Both the position numbers and the translations under genes were made by a program. From Elusimicrobiaceae bacterium (GTDB lineage: Bacteria; Elusimicrobiota; Elusimicrobia; Elusimicrobiales; Elusimicrobiaceae), in the NCBI GenBank assembly GCA_031549165.1, contig JAVBQE010000031.1, positions 1-52,175 on the forward strand: a stretch of DNA of 52,175 bases. Direction: 5' to 3'. Below the pieces are notes generated by a model. It did no database searches, was not told the origin of the DNA, and saw only the letters and a list, made by a program, of their open reading frames with translations. Below, piece after piece: positions 44,347 through 52,175 of the stretch. The number at the start of each line of letters is the position of its first letter. Positions within the stretch are counted from its first letter, which is position 1.

Positions 44347-44760
44347 CTATTTTTCCTCAGGATGTTTAAACTCGTCTTTGAGGGCGTTCTTATCAAACGC
44401 CGCAAGCTCATATTCCTGCGAAGAATGCAGCGCGTCTTTAAGGCAGCTGTCCACGCACTGCGCGCAGAAAATACATTTACCTAAATCTATCTCCGCCTTA
44501 AACTTACGCTTAACCGGTATAACCTTGCCGTCCTCACCGATTGTAGGTTTAACTTCGGGGTTAATCTGTATAATTTTGATAGCGTTAGCCGGGCAGTTAC
44601 GCACACAGAGCTGGCAGCCTATGCAGTTTGCAGGGGAGAACTTAATGCGCGCGCGGAACTTTTTGTCCGTCTCTCTTTTTACATGCGGGTAAGCGGAAGT
44701 GCTGTGCGGCGAAAATAAATTATGCAAAACTTCTTTTAAAGCCTTCAAAGGTTTAGCCAT
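44347..44760 (-). CDS. 2x[4Fe-4S] ferredoxin-like hydrogenase subunit (NuoI/EchF/MbhN-like)
   Basis: CIGCQLCVRNCP and CIFCAQCVDSC. Confidence 0.93.
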   Translation of the reverse strand: MAKPLKALKEVLHNLFSPHSTSAYPHVKRETDKKFRARIKFSPANCIGCQLCVRNCPANAIKIIQINPEVKPTIGEDGKVIPVKRKFKAEIDLGKCIFCAQCVDSCLKDALHSSQEYELAAFDKNALKDEFKHPEEK

Positions 44761-45718
44761 GGTATGCCCTCACTAAAATATTAATGGCAATTTGCAGAAG
44801 GCTTAAAGGCGCAAGGTACTTCCAGCAAAAGTCCACCATCTGCTCTATCCTCACACGCGCCATAAGCGCGCGCATTAAGGAAAGTAAAAATACCAAAACC
44901 ATCGTCTTAACAAAGAAAACCAAAAAGCCCAAAATGCCGCTTAAGCCAAAAGTACCGCCTAAGAAAATGCTGTTAGCTAACGCGCACACCACCACCATTT
45001 CCATAGAAAAAGTAAGGCGGATGAAGCCGTATAATCTGCCGGAATACTCCGTAAACGCGCCGCCCACAATTTCCGTTTCCGCGTGCGGAATATCAAAAGG
45101 CACGCGCTCCAGTTTACCTTGTAAGGTAATAATGGCAATAATAAAGCCCAGCAAATTAACAAGCATCATCCACGGATGCGAAACAAAATAAGAGGACACC
45201 TCATTAATATTCCAACTGCCCGCCAAAATGGCCGGGCCTAAAAGCACTAGCAACAAAGGCACTTCGTAGGCAAAAAGCTGCGTGAGCACGCGCATAGCGC
45301 CTATGCCAGAATACGGGCTCTGGCTGCTCCAGCCGATTAAAAAGAAACATATTGTAGGAATGGAGAGCAAATAAACCACCGCCACCAAATCGCCGGGGAA
45401 GCTTATGATGCCCGCCATAGAGTCAAAAGGAATAATAAGCGCCGCCGTCGTAAGTGCGGCAATGGCTGCACAAGGAAGCGTAAGGAAAAGTTTTTTGTCT
45501 ATAGTGTTGGTAGGAACGATAACTTCTTTACTTAAAAGTTTAATAAAGTCCGCCAGCGGCTGAAGGAGAAAGGGGCCCTTTCTGTTCTGCATTTGGGCGT
45601 ATAATTTCCTGTCCACCCACTCGCAAAAAAAGCCGTACACAGCGAGAAACAACATACCCGGATAAATGGCAATGTAGCACAACTGCTGTAAAATGTCTAA
45701 AAAAGTTTCCATCATCAA
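44753..45718 (-). CDS. Membrane subunit, NuoH/EchB/MbhM-like
   Basis: RKLYAQMQNRKGP, QPLADFIKLLSKE, RVPFDIPHAETEIVGG..TEYSG. Confidence 0.95.
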   Translation of the reverse strand: MMMETFLDILQQLCYIAIYPGMLFLAVYGFFCEWVDRKLYAQMQNRKGPFLLQPLADFIKLLSKEVIVPTNTIDKKLFLTLPCAAIAALTTAALIIPFDSMAGIISFPGDLVAVVYLLSIPTICFFLIGWSSQSPYSGIGAMRVLTQLFAYEVPLLLVLLGPAILAGSWNINEVSSYFVSHPWMMLVNLLGFIIAIITLQGKLERVPFDIPHAETEIVGGAFTEYSGRLYGFIRLTFSMEMVVVCALANSIFLGGTFGLSGILGFLVFFVKTMVLVFLLSLMRALMARVRIEQMVDFCWKYLAPLSLLQIAINILVRAYHG

Positions 45719-45728
45719 TTCCTTTTGC

Positions 45729-45817
45729 TGTCATTGCGAGGCCGAAGGCCGCGGCAATCTCCCTCTAATGCATGCACAGAAGTAAGCGGGAGATTGCCGC
45801 GCTGCGCTCGTAATGAC
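45729..45817. repeat. Palindromic element, GTCATTGCGAG subfamily
   Basis: TGTCATTGCGAGGCCGAAGGCCGCGGCAATCTC...GAGATTGCCGCG...CTCGTAATGAC. Confidence 0.9.
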
Positions 45818-45845
45818 TACATATTTTATTTAATATTAAAATCTT

Positions 45846-45925
45846 TGTCATTCTGAGCGCAGCGAAGAATCTTGCTGTAAAACTTTAGTTTACACAAAGT
45901 TCCTTCGCTTGCGCTCAGGATGACA
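45846..45925. repeat. Palindromic element, GTCATTCTGAG subfamily
   Basis: TGTCATTCTGAGCGCAGCGAAGAATC...CTTCGCTTGCGCTCAGGATGACA. Confidence 0.9.
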
Positions 45926-45928
45926 ATA

Positions 45929-47128
45929 TCACTTCAATGTAATCTTAGAAAAGTCTATGCCTTTTCTTTTGTAAAACTCTATTCCGTTTTTCCTAAGCGC
46001 GGCCCAGTCCATATGGCCCCCGGCAACGCCGCTTCTAAAAATTGCGGCTCTGTCTGTGCAGGAAAAGCACGGGTCAATGGCGGCAATAATCAGCGGCGCG
46101 TCCGCCAAAAAGTCGCCCTTTAACATATAGTCCACCGACTCAAAATTTGCTAATGTGGGCGCGCGCACCTTCACTCTGTCCGGGCTTAAGCCGCCGGTGG
46201 AGCGCACATAATGTATGTCTTCCCCCCTCGGCGCTTCGTAGCGGTTAACAGCTTCGCCAGGCGGTATTTTTATAGGCGCTTTGACGGCTATCGCGCTTTC
46301 GGGCAGCCAGTTTAAAAGCTGTTTTAATATTTTGCAGCTTTCAAGCATTTCAAACACGCGCACTTCTAGGCGGCCTAAAACGTCACACTTCTCAGAGGTG
46401 ATTACTTTAAAATCTAATTCTCCGTAAAGAAGATACGGGTCGTCCTTCCTAACATCGGCCGCTATGCCCGAAGCGCGGGCCAGCGGGCCGCAGGCGCAGC
46501 GTTTAATAGCTTCTTCTTTAGGTAAATGCCCCACGCCTTTTGTGCGGGCAATCACCGTCGGCTCTTCTGTGCCGAGCGCGGCGTAATATTTTATTCTCTT
46601 TTCTAAAAAGTCCACCTTTTCAAGGATGGTTTTAACCTGCGCTCTGTCCAAATCTCTTCTCACGCCGCCGATGGTGTTAATGGAATAATGCACGCGGTTG
46701 CCCGTTACGTTTTCCAGGCAGTCCATCACCACTTCTCTGTCGCGCCAGGAATACATAAAGAGTGTGTCAAAGCCGATTTCATGCGCGGCTACGCCCAGCC
46801 ATAATAAATGGCTGTGCAATCTTTCCAGCTCGCCCACGATGGTGCGTATGGCGGCTGCGCGTTTGGGGATTTCAAGGCCGGCAATTTCTTCCACATTAGT
46901 AATGTAGCATGTGGCGTGTGCGTGCGAGCAGATGCCGCATACGCGCTCTATCAAATACATGGCCTGAATATAGTTTCTGCTTTCGGCAGCTTTTTCTATA
47001 CCTCGGTGGTTATAGCCTAAGCGAAGCGTAGCGTCTACAATTTCTTCGCCTTCAAGGCAGAGCATAAAGTTGCCCGGTTCTTTTAACGCCGGATGTTGGG
47101 GCCCTAAGGGCACGGTTATTTTTGGCAT
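45929..47128 (-). CDS. Group 4 [NiFe] hydrogenase large subunit (HycE/EchE/MbhL-like)
   Basis: L1 ERVCGICSHAH and L2 DPCFSCTDR (all four Ni ligands), EAPRGE, cleavable C-terminal extension. Confidence 0.96.
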   Translation of the reverse strand: MPKITVPLGPQHPALKEPGNFMLCLEGEEIVDATLRLGYNHRGIEKAAESRNYIQAMYLIERVCGICSHAHATCYITNVEEIAGLEIPKRAAAIRTIVGELERLHSHLLWLGVAAHEIGFDTLFMYSWRDREVVMDCLENVTGNRVHYSINTIGGVRRDLDRAQVKTILEKVDFLEKRIKYYAALGTEEPTVIARTKGVGHLPKEEAIKRCACGPLARASGIAADVRKDDPYLLYGELDFKVITSEKCDVLGRLEVRVFEMLESCKILKQLLNWLPESAIAVKAPIKIPPGEAVNRYEAPRGEDIHYVRSTGGLSPDRVKVRAPTLANFESVDYMLKGDFLADAPLIIAAIDPCFSCTDRAAIFRSGVAGGHMDWAALRKNGIEFYKRKGIDFSKITLK

Positions 47129-47604
47129 GCTTCTACCTCCGCGTTTTTAATGTACTCGTCCGCCTTCCAGGTTTTGCGCAGCGGGTACTGGTTTGCAGGC
47201 CAGTCCTCCGGCAGCGGGTAGCGGTTGCCCGCGGGTAAATTTTTTACGTTTATGCCCAGCACGTCCACCAGCTCGCGCTCATAATAAATAGCGCCGGGGA
47301 TGATAGGAGTAATTGTATTTAACTCCGCGTTTTCTGACGGTAAAGCTACCGTTATGGTAAACAGCACGGCGCGGCTGGCGTCTTCAAAATGATACTTAAC
47401 CTCAAAGCCTGCGCCCGTGTCTAAGCCTGTGATGGTGCCTATATAATTTACGCCCATTTTTTCGTTTAAGAGTTTAACTATTTCTAAAATATCCACCGTG
47501 GCTTTAGCGTAAATTCTGCGCGGCCTTCTGGCCACAACATCCGTCACTTTCCCCTCAAGGATTTTATTAAAATCCTCCAAAAACTTTTCTTCTTTACTTG
47601 CCAT
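47116..47604 (-). CDS. NuoC/EchD/MbhK-like subunit
   Basis: ITGLD, YERELVDVLG, PEDWP..YPLRK. Confidence 0.93.
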   Translation of the reverse strand: MASKEEKFLEDFNKILEGKVTDVVARRPRRIYAKATVDILEIVKLLNEKMGVNYIGTITGLDTGAGFEVKYHFEDASRAVLFTITVALPSENAELNTITPIIPGAIYYERELVDVLGINVKNLPAGNRYPLPEDWPANQYPLRKTWKADEYIKNAEVEACQK

Positions 47605-48052
47605 CGCCGTTACCCCCTTCTACTTTTGATAAGAGCTTAACAATGCCGTCAATCAAAGCTTCCGGCCGAGGCGGGCAGCCGGGTACGTAGGCAGACACGG
47701 GGATAATTTTATCCGCGCCGCCAAGCACGCCGTAACACCCCTGCAACACGCCGCCGTTACACGCACATGCGCCTACGGCCACTACAAATTTGGGCTCGGC
47801 CATCTGGTCATAAATTTTCTTAAGCCTCTTAGCCTGTTGGCGAGACACCGCGCCCGTTACCACTAAAACGTCCGCGTGCCTAGGCGTGCCCTTGAGCAAA
47901 ACGCCAAAGCGCTCCACGTCAAACTTAGGCGTGAGCGAGGCCACCGTCTCAATATCGCACCCGTTGCACGAGCCTGAGTTAAAGTGTATTATCCACGGGC
48001 TCTTTCTTCTAGCCCATCTTACTACCTGCTCTCTAATTGAAGGTATGCCCAT
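47594..48052 (-). CDS. Group 4 hydrogenase small subunit (NuoB/EchC/MbhJ-like)
   Basis: GSCNGCDIE, PRHAD, GACAC.GG, PGCPPRPE. Confidence 0.95.
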   Translation of the reverse strand: MGIPSIREQVVRWARRKSPWIIHFNSGSCNGCDIETVASLTPKFDVERFGVLLKGTPRHADVLVVTGAVSRQQAKRLKKIYDQMAEPKFVVAVGACACNGGVLQGCYGVLGGADKIIPVSAYVPGCPPRPEALIDGIVKLLSKVEGGNGDGK

Positions 48053-48056
48053 AAAA

Positions 48057-48401
48057 TTAATCTCCGTACAGCATGGCCAGTACTACAAAAACGCCTGCTG
48101 TGTAAATTACCGCCACGCCCGCCATCGCGTGTGTTAATGTGCTGGAGGCGATGCTCGCTATCGTAAGGCCCGCCACGTGCATTACCGTAAAAAATATGGC
48201 GAAGGGAAAATAACGGTGATAGTCCGGCTCAATTTTTGTGTCCTTAAAATCTTCGCCGCAGGCATACGGGTCCAACTTGCCGCAGCCTTCTTCGTTTTTA
48301 GGTTTAGGCTGCAGTCCTGAGGTAAGTTTGGAAAACCCCAAAATTACCAGGAAGCTTACTACTAAAGCCACAGGCGGAAATAATAAAATATATTCTGTCA
48401 T
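48057..48401 (-). CDS. NuoA-like membrane subunit
   Basis: 3 TMs, K..PYACGE loop, YF.FAIFF. Confidence 0.8.
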   Translation of the reverse strand: MTEYILLFPPVALVVSFLVILGFSKLTSGLQPKPKNEEGCGKLDPYACGEDFKDTKIEPDYHRYFPFAIFFTVMHVAGLTIASIASSTLTHAMAGVAVIYTAGVFVVLAMLYGD

Positions 48402-48414
48402 TTTTAGTCCTTTT

Positions 48415-48493
48415 TGTCATTCTGAGCGTATGCGAAGAATCTTTATGTAAGCTAAAGTTTACTACAAGATCCTTCGCTTCGCTCAGGATGACA
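48415..48493. repeat. Palindromic element, GTCATTCTGAG subfamily
   Basis: TGTCATTCTGAGCG...GATCCTTCGCTTCGCTCAGGATGACA. Confidence 0.9.
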
Positions 48494-48501
48494 GCAAAAA
48501 A

Positions 48502-48843
48502 TTATCCTTTGAGGTTCTTAAGGCCCCAGGTGTCTAGGTTGCCTTTTTGTTTGTATGTTAAAATTATTAGGCCGAGGCCCACGGCTAAGATAACCACTTC
48601 CACGCCTATCATAACCATAATTACGGCCTGCGCAAAGTTAATATTGCCCGTGGTGTAGCCCACAGATAAAAACGCAAGCATGCCGCCCTTAGACGAGATT
48701 TCCATGCCGATAAGCGTGCGTAGCAGGTTCCTGCTGGCCGCCATGCAGTACACGCCGATAAAGAACAGCATTACGGAAGCAAATAAATTAAGCTGCAAGA
48801 TTGCAGGAGAAAAGAAGTTTTCCATAACTATTTCCCCCTCCAT
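48502..48843 (-). CDS. NuoK/MrpC-like membrane subunit
   Basis: IGVY...RNLLRTLIGMEI, Q...I..E.VILAVGL, L.NLKG; the true start may be the second Met. Confidence 0.9.
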   Translation of the reverse strand: MEGEIVMENFFSPAILQLNLFASVMLFFIGVYCMAASRNLLRTLIGMEISSKGGMLAFLSVGYTTGNINFAQAVIMVMIGVEVVILAVGLGLIILTYKQKGNLDTWGLKNLKG

Positions 48844-49307
48844 AAAAAGAACGCCTTAACCATTAATACGCCCGCCACAAAAATGCATAGCTGGCCGAGC
48901 AGAGCAAGCCGGTTGGCCCCCCAAATATAATCCCCCACCGCCATCTGCGGCACAACGGGCAGCGTAATGTCCAGCCTAAGGCCCGCCTTAGAAGAAATAT
49001 ACCATACAGCCACGCCGAATACAAGGAGCGCCACGGGTAAATATTTAAATAATCTGCGCTCGTTCGCCGCGTACTTTGTGCCTTTGCCCACTAAGCTTGC
49101 CGTGCTGGCAAACAGCACCGTTATTAAGCCTGCGCAGACGGAAAGTTCAAACACCGCCGCCCACGAAGCGTCCATAGTAAACATAATTAACGTTACCGTA
49201 ACGCTTAAGCTGGCCAGCCACATGGCGGCGTATAAAAAGTTCCTGCTCATCGCCGCGAGCAGCGCCGCAAGAATGAGCGCGATTAACAAAACTAAATGTA
49301 AAGTCAT
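48828..49307 (-). CDS. NuoJ-like membrane subunit
   Basis: About 5 TMs, AAVFELSVCAGLITVLF; lies next to the NuoK-like gene. Confidence 0.82.
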   Translation of the reverse strand: MTLHLVLLIALILAALLAAMSRNFLYAAMWLASLSVTVTLIMFTMDASWAAVFELSVCAGLITVLFASTASLVGKGTKYAANERRLFKYLPVALLVFGVAVWYISSKAGLRLDITLPVVPQMAVGDYIWGANRLALLGQLCIFVAGVLMVKAFFLWRGK

Positions 49308-50746
49308 TTAAGCCCCCGGACAAATGGTTCTATAAAAGAGTTATAAATAAAAGGGAAATACAAGCCCGCCGCCACCATTATGGCAACGAACACTCCCGAC
49401 GGTAAAAGATACGTTAAGGAAACTTCTTTAACCTTCTTCATCTCCCCGTCCGCACGGCCCCAGAACACGTTTCTGTAAACGCGCAGACAATACGCAAGGC
49501 TGATAACGCTGGCAAAAATGGCAATGGCTGCAAATGTATAATACCCCGCCTGCCAGAGCGCCATAACAATAATAAGCTTGCTCCAAAAGCCGGAGAGCGG
49601 CGGTATGCCCGCCGTAGACAGCATGGCGGTCAATGTAAAAGCCGAAGTAACAGGCATCTGCTTTTCAAGGCCGTAAAGCTCCTTAATATTGCAAGAGCCC
49701 GCCGCCGCTTCTAAGGAGCCCGCAGTAAAGAAAAGCGTTGTCTTAAAAGTAGCATGGTTAAATAAATGAAACACCGCGCCTGCTAAACCCAATGGCGTGC
49801 CGAGGCCCGCAGCAAGGAAAATATAGCCCATCTGGCTGATTGAAGAATAGGCAAGCACGCGCTTTAAATTAGTCTGCCTGAGCGCGAGGAACGCGCCAAA
49901 AACTATGGAGAGCGCGCCAAACACCATTATCGCCTTACCCGACGCGCTGACCGTGGTAAAGTGGCTCGCCAGCCCCATAAGCATGGCAATTTTAATTAAA
50001 GTGTACGCGCCCGCCGCCTTAGTAATAATACCCGCCAAAAACGCAGACACGGAGGACGAGGCCGCCTGGTACGCGTCCGGCACCCAGGTGTGGAACGGGA
50101 CGAGGCCTGTTTTTATCATAAAACCTATTGTCAGTACTCCTAAGAAAATGTTGACAAGGCCTTTGTTTGCCGAGGGCGTTTGCAGAAGCGCAATTAGCGC
50201 TTCAAACGTTGTAGAGCCCACAGCTAAGAAGAGAATGGCAAGGCTGAAAACTATAAACACCGAGGCCAGAGCGGAAAGATAAAAATATCTTATCGCGCCT
50301 TCTGTAGCCTCTTCGTTATCATAAAACGCTATCATGGTAAAAGAACACGCAGACACCACTTCTAAGAAAACGTAAGTGACAAAGAAATCTCTGTTAATAA
50401 TAATGCCGCACATGCCGGCGGACGCCGTTAAAATAAGGCCGTAGAAAATGCCTTTAACTTTGGTCTTTTCAGACGCCCAGGCGTAGACGCAGACGGCTAA
50501 TGCCACGCCGTACACCATAAATAACATCAATGAGCCGAAAATAAATTCACCTGCAAAAATCTCCCTCTGCAAAGCCGCGCCGCTTTTGATTAGCAGGAAA
50601 TTATTAATGGTCATCCCCAGACAAATAAACAGCGTGACAAGCGCTATGATATAAGGATTCTTAGGCGTTTTGTTCTGCTTGTTGGCAAAAGAGCCCAGAA
50701 CCGCACCCACGACGGGGACAATTACAAAATAGTATAAAGATATCAT
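49304..50746 (-). CDS. Antiporter-like proton-conducting subunit (MrpD/NuoN/MbhH-like)
   Basis: YVFLEV, IKTGLVPFHTWVPDAY, LKRVLAYSSISQMGY, GIPPLSGFWSK. Confidence 0.93.
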   Translation of the reverse strand: MISLYYFVIVPVVGAVLGSFANKQNKTPKNPYIIALVTLFICLGMTINNFLLIKSGAALQREIFAGEFIFGSLMLFMVYGVALAVCVYAWASEKTKVKGIFYGLILTASAGMCGIIINRDFFVTYVFLEVVSACSFTMIAFYDNEEATEGAIRYFYLSALASVFIVFSLAILFLAVGSTTFEALIALLQTPSANKGLVNIFLGVLTIGFMIKTGLVPFHTWVPDAYQAASSSVSAFLAGIITKAAGAYTLIKIAMLMGLASHFTTVSASGKAIMVFGALSIVFGAFLALRQTNLKRVLAYSSISQMGYIFLAAGLGTPLGLAGAVFHLFNHATFKTTLFFTAGSLEAAAGSCNIKELYGLEKQMPVTSAFTLTAMLSTAGIPPLSGFWSKLIIVMALWQAGYYTFAAIAIFASVISLAYCLRVYRNVFWGRADGEMKKVKEVSLTYLLPSGVFVAIMVAAGLYFPFIYNSFIEPFVRGLK

Positions 50747-52175
50747 TAAAAAAATCCTCCGCTGAGCGCTAGCGCGGCAAATACGACAGCGCCTATAATG
50801 GCCCAGATAATATAGTCCGCCGTGTAGCCGCTGTGGAACACAGAGCCCTTTTTGGACAGGCGTTTAGCAATGCCGGCGGGCAGCTCGTCTATCAAAAAGT
50901 CAAAAGTTCTGTCCGCGCCGTAAAGCGCGGCGCTTAAAGCCATGCCTGCTTTATTAAAGAAGGAATATGTGTCTGCCAATTTTAGTTTGGCAAATATTTT
51001 TTCTTCAAACTTAAATCTGCTTACTAAATAATAGAGCACCGCTGAAAGCGCCATTATGCCAAGGGTAAGAAAAAACTCCCACCCAAAGTTAAAGTGCGCG
51101 TGGTCTAAATTTAAAAAGCGCCCCGCGTCCCAATGCCAGCCTGCCTGGTACGCCAGTACCAAAAGCGTGGTAAGCACCACCGCTATATGCACACCGCCCT
51201 TATCCTTAGACTTATAATAGTTCTGTGCAAATATCCTTATAAAGGATGTTATTACCACTATGCTTAAAAAGGACATAAGCAAAATTTCGCCTATATGGCG
51301 CGTGTTCGCCCCGTAAAAGCTGTGCCTGAAAAATACGTCTGAAAACGCTACCCCGCACACTGCCGCGGCCTTAATAATAAAGCACACAGCATTTCCCCTG
51401 CTCTTGGGGCTGAAAGCCAAAAGAAATAATGCAAACAGAGCCGCCGCCTTGTAAACAGCATGGTTAGCCATATTTGCAAGTTCCATTTTGCGCCCAAGAG
51501 ACATTTCAAAAGCAAACAAGCCTATCTGAAACACCACGTTATAGGCAACAAACTTCTTTAAATCCTTCTCAGAAAACATCATGAAGGCGGCATACATCAT
51601 GGATATTATAGCCAGCGCCAGAAGGATGGAGCGCGCGCCAAGGGCGCTGAAGGAGTAAAAGTCAAACACCATTACTATTCTGGTAAGTAAAAAGACTGCC
51701 AGTAATTTTTCCAAAGCGCCCGGAAGGAAAGCTAAGAACGAAGCCTTGCTATTTTGCGCAGCCAAAGGCAGCCATGTTTGGAAAGGCACAGCGGCAGCTT
51801 TACTTAATGCACCTAAAGTAAGCAGTGTAAAGGAAAGCAGGTTGGACTTTGATATTAAAGACAGAGGCTCCTGGGCAATCTCTCTGCTTATATAAGAGCC
51901 GCCTTTGAAGGCCAAAATAATTACGCCTGCTAAAAGCAGCACGTCACCCACAGCGTTAATGATAAACGCCTTATAAGCCACCTCTCTGGACGTTTGCACC
52001 AGGAAGAGATACAGGCTGATAAGCAAAGCTTCCCAGCAAAATAAAAGTGTAATAAGGTTAGCAGACATTACCGCCCCGCACGCAAAGGCAAGCGTAAACA
52101 GAAAGGCAAAGTGATAAATAAAGTTATTGTCCCGCTCCTCTCTAAGAGAGTAAACCAGAGAAAGAAAAGAAAATA
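50746..52175 (-). CDS. Antiporter-like subunit (MrpA/NuoL-like), 5' end outside the window
   Basis: FCWE, GD, SKAAAVPFQTWLP; the frame stays open from 52068 to the window edge (FSFLSLVYSLREERDNNFIYHFAFLFTLAFACGAV-MSANL). Confidence 0.85.
   Translation of the reverse strand, partial: FSFLSLVYSLREERDNNFIYHFAFLFTLAFACGAVMSANLITLLFCWEALLISLYLFLVQTSREVAYKAFIINAVGDVLLLAGVIILAFKGGSYISREIAQEPLSLISKSNLLSFTLLTLGALSKAAAVPFQTWLPLAAQNSKASFLAFLPGALEKLLAVFLLTRIVMVFDFYSFSALGARSILLALAIISMMYAAFMMFSEKDLKKFVAYNVVFQIGLFAFEMSLGRKMELANMANHAVYKAAALFALFLLAFSPKSRGNAVCFIIKAAAVCGVAFSDVFFRHSFYGANTRHIGEILLMSFLSIVVITSFIRIFAQNYYKSKDKGGVHIAVVLTTLLVLAYQAGWHWDAGRFLNLDHAHFNFGWEFFLTLGIMALSAVLYYLVSRFKFEEKIFAKLKLADTYSFFNKAGMALSAALYGADRTFDFLIDELPAGIAKRLSKKGSVFHSGYTADYIIWAIIGAVVFAALALSGGFF

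Noticed and set aside
2109-48493. Repeats read as a CRISPR array, with the PD-(D/E)XK or TM0106 proteins as Cas4
   Set aside because: The repeats are dispersed single palindromes with no regular repeat-spacer period, and there is no cas1, cas2 or effector gene.
44347-52175. Respiratory complex I (nuo) or an Mbx/Ehr-type non-hydrogenase complex
   Set aside because: The NuoD-like subunit keeps both CxxC Ni-binding motifs and a HycI protease is encoded, so this is a true [NiFe] hydrogenase.
52069-52175. A separate gene or promoter upstream of the 50746..52068 ORF
   Set aside because: The same frame is open and hydrophobic to the window edge, so it is part of the same truncated CDS.
1-52175. 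tRNA, rRNA, tmRNA or riboswitch
   Set aside because: I recognised no cloverleaf or known aptamer in the intergenic regions by eye; a tRNAscan/Rfam run would be needed to exclude them fully.

Overview
This is a gene-dense bacterial chromosomal window with no rRNA, tRNA, CRISPR array, transposase or integrase that I can see. The pilin type, the secreted orphan proteins and the hydrogenase suggest an anaerobic diderm of the Elusimicrobiota (inference). From left to right it holds: a YbhGFSR/TolC-type ABC efflux operon divergent from eptA and a CDGSH protein; an ACT protein with an M29 aminopeptidase; a small CI-like repressor/excisionase-like switch; an SPFH gene and mfd; an orphan histidine kinase; a DEDDh exonuclease and gpmI; two Bor-like lipoproteins; a TM0106-type nuclease and YbaK; a run of rpmE-prfA-prmC-murA, a DUF4424-like gene, a thermonuclease and an autotransporter-barrel/OmpA fusion; a PD-(D/E)XK nuclease and glpK; two secreted orphans and a trypsin-like pseudoprotease; plsY-gpsA, HU and a pilin; and a complex-I-like group 4 [NiFe] hydrogenase operon that runs off the right end. 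Three things stand out. (1) A secreted orphan gene is held out of frame by a C16 tract, and its promoter shares a two-box palindromic architecture with a second secreted orphan locus 19 kb away, which suggests a phase-variable, co-regulated secreted-protein system. (2) About 19 non-autonomous palindromic elements of three distinct families are present, and one of them now encodes a protein tail. (3) Two enzymes appear catalytically degenerate.
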